A stretch of DNA of 64,000 nucleotides, taken from positions 3,918-67,917 of the forward strand of contig ONIG01000006.1 in assembly GCA_900317855.1 (NCBI GenBank). Direction: 5' to 3'. How positions within the stretch are numbered: position 1 is the stretch's first letter; every line of letters begins with the position of its first letter. The stretch comes from an uncultured Eubacteriales bacterium (GTDB lineage: Bacteria; Bacillota; Clostridia; Oscillospirales; Oscillospiraceae). Below the pieces are notes generated by a model. That model was not told where the DNA came from. It worked only from the letters and a program-made list of their open reading frames with translations, and ran no database searches. A program made the translations under genes and the position numbers. Shown here in pieces: positions 60,603 through 64,000 of the stretch.

Positions 60603-61364
60603 ATGAAGAACAAACGTCTCTGGCTGTCGGTGGCGCTGACGGTCCTGGTCGTCGTGTGCGCCATGCTCATCCTCTCGCGCGTCAATGAGGCGCGCAGCAA
60701 CGCCGCGCCCGCCGCGCCGACGGATCTGATCCTTCCGCCGGACATCCAGACGACGGCGAAGCCGGATGTGAAAAAGTACGACGACCTGCCGGATGTGGAT
60801 ATTTCCTCCTGGGAGTATCTCATCGCGAGCCAGGCGCATAATATCAGCGACTATGTTCCGGATGTGAGCAAGATCAGCGGCTCGCAGTCCACGTTCGATT
60901 CCCGCGCCGTCGATGCGCTCAACGCACTGCTCAAGGCGGCCCGGGATGCCGGCTGGAGCCCGTATATCTACTGCGCCTATCGTCCATACCTCACGCAGAA
61001 GCAGCAGTACGAGGATCAGGTCGCCGAGAACATGCGCAAGGGCGATACCCGCGACGAGGCCGAGACCGCCGCCGCGCGCATCGCTGCGCCCCCCGGCACG
61101 AGCGACCATCAGACCGGCCTCGGCGCGGACATCGTCGATCAGTACTATTCCTCGCTGAGCGTGGACACGGTCAACGCGCGCTTTCTGGCGTGGCTGGCGG
61201 AGAACTGCGCAGACTACGGCTTCGTCATCCGCTACCCGTCGGACAAGGTCAGCATCACCGGGCGCAACGAGCCGTGGCACGTGCGCTATGTCGGTGACGC
61301 GGCAGCGCGGTTCATGACCGAGCACAACCTCTGCCTGGAGGAATTCGCGGCGCTGTACCAGTAA
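60603..61364 (+). CDS. M15-family D-alanyl-D-alanine carboxypeptidase (VanY-like), membrane-anchored
   Basis: ATG 60603 after GGGAGGG. Signal anchor. Motifs SAYRPY-like (CAYRPYLTQ), PGTSDHQTGLGADI and EPWHVRYVG. Confidence 0.85.
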   Translation: MKNKRLWLSVALTVLVVVCAMLILSRVNEARSNAAPAAPTDLILPPDIQTTAKPDVKKYDDLPDVDISSWEYLIASQAHNISDYVPDVSKISGSQSTFDSRAVDALNALLKAARDAGWSPYIYCAYRPYLTQKQQYEDQVAENMRKGDTRDEAETAAARIAAPPGTSDHQTGLGADIVDQYYSSLSVDTVNARFLAWLAENCADYGFVIRYPSDKVSITGRNEPWHVRYVGDAAARFMTEHNLCLEEFAALYQ

Positions 61365-61388
61365 GTGTCCGCCAGCGCAAAAAAAGGC

Positions 61389-61417
61389 TTGCATTGTCCG
61401 GCACGGGATGGTATGAT
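61389..61417 (+). promoter_or_regulatory. Promoter of the rimP-nusA-infB operon
   Basis: TTGCAT, 17 nt, TATGAT with an upstream TG (extended -10). Confidence 0.55.
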
Positions 61418-61446
61418 ATTGCCGTACGAAGGAAGCAGGATTTGAC

Positions 61447-61475
61447 AGAGTGGGCACCCGCCCACTCTTTTTCTT
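61447..61475 (+). terminator. Terminator-like hairpin inside the rimP-nusA leader (candidate attenuator)
   Basis: Stem AGAGTGGGC/GCCCACTCT, loop ACCC, then TTTTCTTG. Located between the promoter and the rimP ATG (61514). Confidence 0.55.
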
Positions 61476-61513
61476 GAGGTCTTTCAAAGTGTCAGAAAAT
61501 GGAATGGTGATCT

Positions 61514-61969
61514 ATGAGTAAATTGACAGACGCCGTCCTGGCGCTGGCCGAGCCTGTGGCCGCGCAGCAGGGGTGCGAGATCTGGGACGTGGAGTACGTC
61601 AAGGAAGCGGGCAGCCGCTACCTGCGTGTGTATATCGACAAGCCGGACGGTGTGTCGATCCAGGACTGCGAGGATTTCAGCCGCGCGCTCGATCCGATCC
61701 TCGACGAGGCCGACCCCATTCCCGACAGCTATATTTTCGAGGTGTCGTCCGCGGGGGCGGAGCGGCAGCTCAAGCGCCCGGGCGATTTCGCGCGCTTTCT
61801 CGGCGCGCAGGTCGAGGTGCGGCTCTACCAGCCGGTCGACGGCAGCAAGGTGCACATCGGCACGCTCGAGCAGTATGACAACGGGGACGTGACCGTCTCC
61901 GACGGCAAGGCCCGCCGTGTCTTTCAAAAATCCGCCATCGCACAGGTGCGCCTGCACCTGACCATATAA
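61514..61969 (+). CDS. rimP: Ribosome maturation factor RimP
   Basis: Contains LRVYIDKPDGVSI.DCE..SRAL..ILD and LEVSS-like FEVSSAGAERQLK. Conserved position upstream of nusA. Confidence 0.9.
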   Translation: MSKLTDAVLALAEPVAAQQGCEIWDVEYVKEAGSRYLRVYIDKPDGVSIQDCEDFSRALDPILDEADPIPDSYIFEVSSAGAERQLKRPGDFARFLGAQVEVRLYQPVDGSKVHIGTLEQYDNGDVTVSDGKARRVFQKSAIAQVRLHLTI

Positions 61970-61986
61970 GGAAAGGGAATTCGACC

Positions 61987-63039
61987 ATGAACGCAGAATT
62001 TTTTGACGCAGTTGCAGATATCGAAAAAGAAAAAGGTATTCCGCGCGAATATATGTATGAGAAGATCCGCCAGGCCATGCTGACGGCGTTCCGCAAGGAC
62101 ACGCCCGACTGCGAGGATAACGTGGAGGTCATTCTCGACGAGGACAAAAAGAAGATCGAGATGGTCGTCAAGAAGACGGTCGTCGCGCGCGTCATCGACC
62201 CGTATGTTGAGATCAGCGAGGAAGCGGCGCACCGCATCAGCAAGCGCGCCAAGATCGGCGACGTGGTCAGCGTCCCGGTCGAGACCAAGCAGTTCGGCCG
62301 CATCGCGGCGCAGGCAGCCAAGCAGGTCATCATTCAGGGCATCCGCGAGGCGGAGCGCGGCATGATCTACGAGGAGTTCAACTCCAAGGAGCATGAGATC
62401 CTCACCGGCGTCGTCAATAAGATCGACCCGCGCACCGGCTGCGCGTTTTTGAAGATCAGCTCCAACTCGGACTATACCGAGGCCATGCTTGCCCCGGCGG
62501 AGTGCATCCGCGGCGAGGTGCTGCATGAGGGCGACCGCATCAAGGTCTACGTGGTCGAGGTGCGCAACAGCACGCGCGGCCCACAGGTGCTCATCAGCCG
62601 GACGCATCCGGGTCTGGTCAAGCGCCTGTTCGAGCTCGAAGTGCCGGAGATCTTCGACGGCACGGTCGAGATCAAGTCCATCGCCCGCGAGGCCGGCAGC
62701 CGCACGAAGATGGCCGTCTGGGCGGAGGATCCGGTCATCGACCCGATCGGTGCCTGCGTCGGCCCGAAGGGCGGCCGTGTCGCGAGCGTCGTCAACGAGC
62801 TCGGCGGCGAGAAGATCGACATCGTCAAGTACAGCGAGGTGCCGGAGGAATTCATCGCGGCCGCGCTGGCGCCGTCCGAGGTGCTGGAAGTGACCTTGCT
62901 CGACGAAGGCAAGAGCTGCCGCGTCATCGTGCCGGATAACCAGCTCTCGCTCGCCATCGGCAAGGAGGGGCAGAACGCCCGCCTGGCCGCAAAGCTCACC
63001 GGCTATAAGATCGACATCAAGCCGGAGAGCGAGGCGTAA
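61987..63039 (+). CDS. nusA: Transcription termination/antitermination factor NusA
   Basis: N-terminal domain, S1 domain and two KH domains (CVGPKGGRV, AIGKEGQNARLAAKLTG.KIDI). Confidence 0.95.
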   Translation: MNAEFFDAVADIEKEKGIPREYMYEKIRQAMLTAFRKDTPDCEDNVEVILDEDKKKIEMVVKKTVVARVIDPYVEISEEAAHRISKRAKIGDVVSVPVETKQFGRIAAQAAKQVIIQGIREAERGMIYEEFNSKEHEILTGVVNKIDPRTGCAFLKISSNSDYTEAMLAPAECIRGEVLHEGDRIKVYVVEVRNSTRGPQVLISRTHPGLVKRLFELEVPEIFDGTVEIKSIAREAGSRTKMAVWAEDPVIDPIGACVGPKGGRVASVVNELGGEKIDIVKYSEVPEEFIAAALAPSEVLEVTLLDEGKSCRVIVPDNQLSLAIGKEGQNARLAAKLTGYKIDIKPESEA

Positions 63040-63060
63040 ACCGAAAGGAGGCAGTCACCC

Positions 63061-63333
63061 ATGCCCAAGTCCATTCCCCAGCGGCAGTGCGTCGGCTGCC
63101 GTGAAAAGAAGCCCAAGCCGGAACTCATCCGGGTGGTGCGCGCGCCCGACGGGGCCATCTCGCTCGATGCGCGCGGCAAGGCGGCGGGCCGCGGCGCGTA
63201 TCTGTGCCCGAAAGCCGCGTGCCTGAAAAAGGCGCAGAAGAACCGCGCGCTCGAGCGCGCGTTCGACGTGCCCATCCCGGCGGAGATCTACGAGCAGCTC
63301 ACAGCGGAACTGGAGGTGCTCGGCGACGGATAA
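63061..63333 (+). CDS. ylxR: YlxR-family (DUF448) RNA-binding protein
   Basis: Contains PQRQCVGCREKKPK.ELIRVV and GRGAYLC. Conserved position after nusA. Confidence 0.85.
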   Translation: MPKSIPQRQCVGCREKKPKPELIRVVRAPDGAISLDARGKAAGRGAYLCPKAACLKKAQKNRALERAFDVPIPAEIYEQLTAELEVLGDG

Positions 63334-63355
63334 AGCAGCCAACTATCTCGGCCTC

Positions 63356-63742
63356 ATGCGCAAGGCCGGGCGCATCGCGCTCGGGGAGCATGACGCCGGA
63401 GCGGCGGCGCGCGCCGGAAAGGCGTGCCTGCTGCTGCTGGCGCAGGACGCATCGGACAATGCGCGCAAGCGCGCCGAGGGCTTTGCCTATGCGGCGCAGG
63501 CGCCGCTGCTGCGCCTGCCGTACACGAAGCAGGCGCTGTCCGACCGGCTCGGCAAGACCGGCTGCGCCATCGCGGCGGTCACCGATCCGGGTCTGGCGAA
63601 GGCCTTTGTGTCCGCGCTGGCGCAGGCGGATCCGGAGCAATACAGCAGCACGGCGGCAGAGCTTGCCGCACAGACGAGAACAGACACGGGCACGGCGCAG
63701 ACAAGCGGCGGGCGCAACGGCAAGAGGAGGAAACAAGTATGA
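63356..63742 (+). CDS. L7Ae/YlxQ-family ribosomal-protein-like RNA-binding protein with a low-complexity C-terminal tail
   Basis: Contains RKAGRIALGEH and LLLLAQDASDN. Conserved position between ylxR and infB. Its stop overlaps the infB ATG. Confidence 0.7.
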   Translation: MRKAGRIALGEHDAGAAARAGKACLLLLAQDASDNARKRAEGFAYAAQAPLLRLPYTKQALSDRLGKTGCAIAAVTDPGLAKAFVSALAQADPEQYSSTAAELAAQTRTDTGTAQTSGGRNGKRRKQV

Positions 63743-64000
63743 GCGGATTGATTAAATACAGAGTGCATGAGGTGGCGAAGGATTTCGGCATGACCTCGAA
63801 GGAGATCACGCAGATCCTGACGGATTATGCCACCACTCCGAAAAATCATATGCAGGTGCTGGAGGACGACGAGCTCAACGACATCTTTGAGTATCTCACG
63901 CAGCATCATCAGGCGGCCAGCCTGGAGGAGCTCTACAAAGTGCCGGACCAGCCGAAGGCCAAGCCGCAGGCGGCCCCGGCCGCGCAGGCCGAAGCGCCGA
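63739..64000 (+). CDS. infB: Translation initiation factor IF-2, N-terminal part; 3' end lies outside the window
   Basis: Not in the ORF track because there is no stop in the window. My translation from ATG 63739 (after GAGGAGG) is MSGLIKYRVHEVAKDFGMTSKEITQILTDY..., an IF2_N-type segment. Operon context rimP-nusA-ylxR-L7Ae-infB. Confidence 0.85.
   Translation, partial: MSGLIKYRVHEVAKDFGMTSKEITQILTDYATTPKNHMQVLEDDELNDIFEYLTQHHQAASLEELYKVPDQPKAKPQAAPAAQAEAP

Noticed and set aside
63204-63755. A 183-aa plus-strand ORF in an alternative frame across ylxR and the L7Ae gene.
   Set aside because: It is an Arg/Ala-rich shadow frame. The ylxR and L7Ae-like frames carry family motifs and fit the conserved nusA-infB operon order.

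Overview
This is a GC-rich chromosomal segment. Gene content suggests an endospore-forming Firmicute of the class Clostridia; that assignment is an inference. I support about 65 protein-coding genes. I found no rRNA, tRNA, CRISPR array, transposase, integrase or prophage gene. Start codons were re-picked from the ORF track using Shine-Dalgarno spacing, signal peptides and homology. The track reports the longest ORFs and counts GTG/TTG as starts. End coordinates include the stop codon.

Landmarks from left to right:
- spoIIGA-sigE, encoding the pro-sigma-E processing pair.
- A six-gene operon that places an unusual surface module in front of a dedicated ECF transporter. The module is a dockerin-tagged alpha/alpha-toroid protein, a membrane-anchored cohesin-like protein and a DUF4430 lipoprotein.
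- A lysR-pepF-MBL operon divergent from an EamA exporter.
- An ArsB/NhaD-type permease with a structured leader.
- An NYN+LOTUS protein and fhs.
- A long minus-strand operon: FHA-fused RodA, PbpA-like PBP, ABC-F, YdcF, HAD, DUF975.
- fumC-malic enzyme, mutS2, ptsH and uvrC-rsmD-coaD.
- A compact dcw cluster: mraZ-rsmH-ftsL-PBP-murE-mraY-ftsW-murG-murA-ftsQ-ftsZ, with no murF, murD or ftsA.
- An ECF sigma/anti-sigma pair, an orphan CsoR-family repressor and an uninterrupted sigK.
- An AbrB-like protein coupled to an ABC-2 exporter.
- rimP-nusA-ylxR-L7Ae-infB at the right edge.

The most interesting candidate is the ECF operon at 2241..8016. It looks like a cell-surface-tethered, split transcobalamin-like ligand-capture device. 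The many long Arg/Ala/Gly/His-rich ORFs antisense to real genes are GC-driven shadow ORFs and were rejected.
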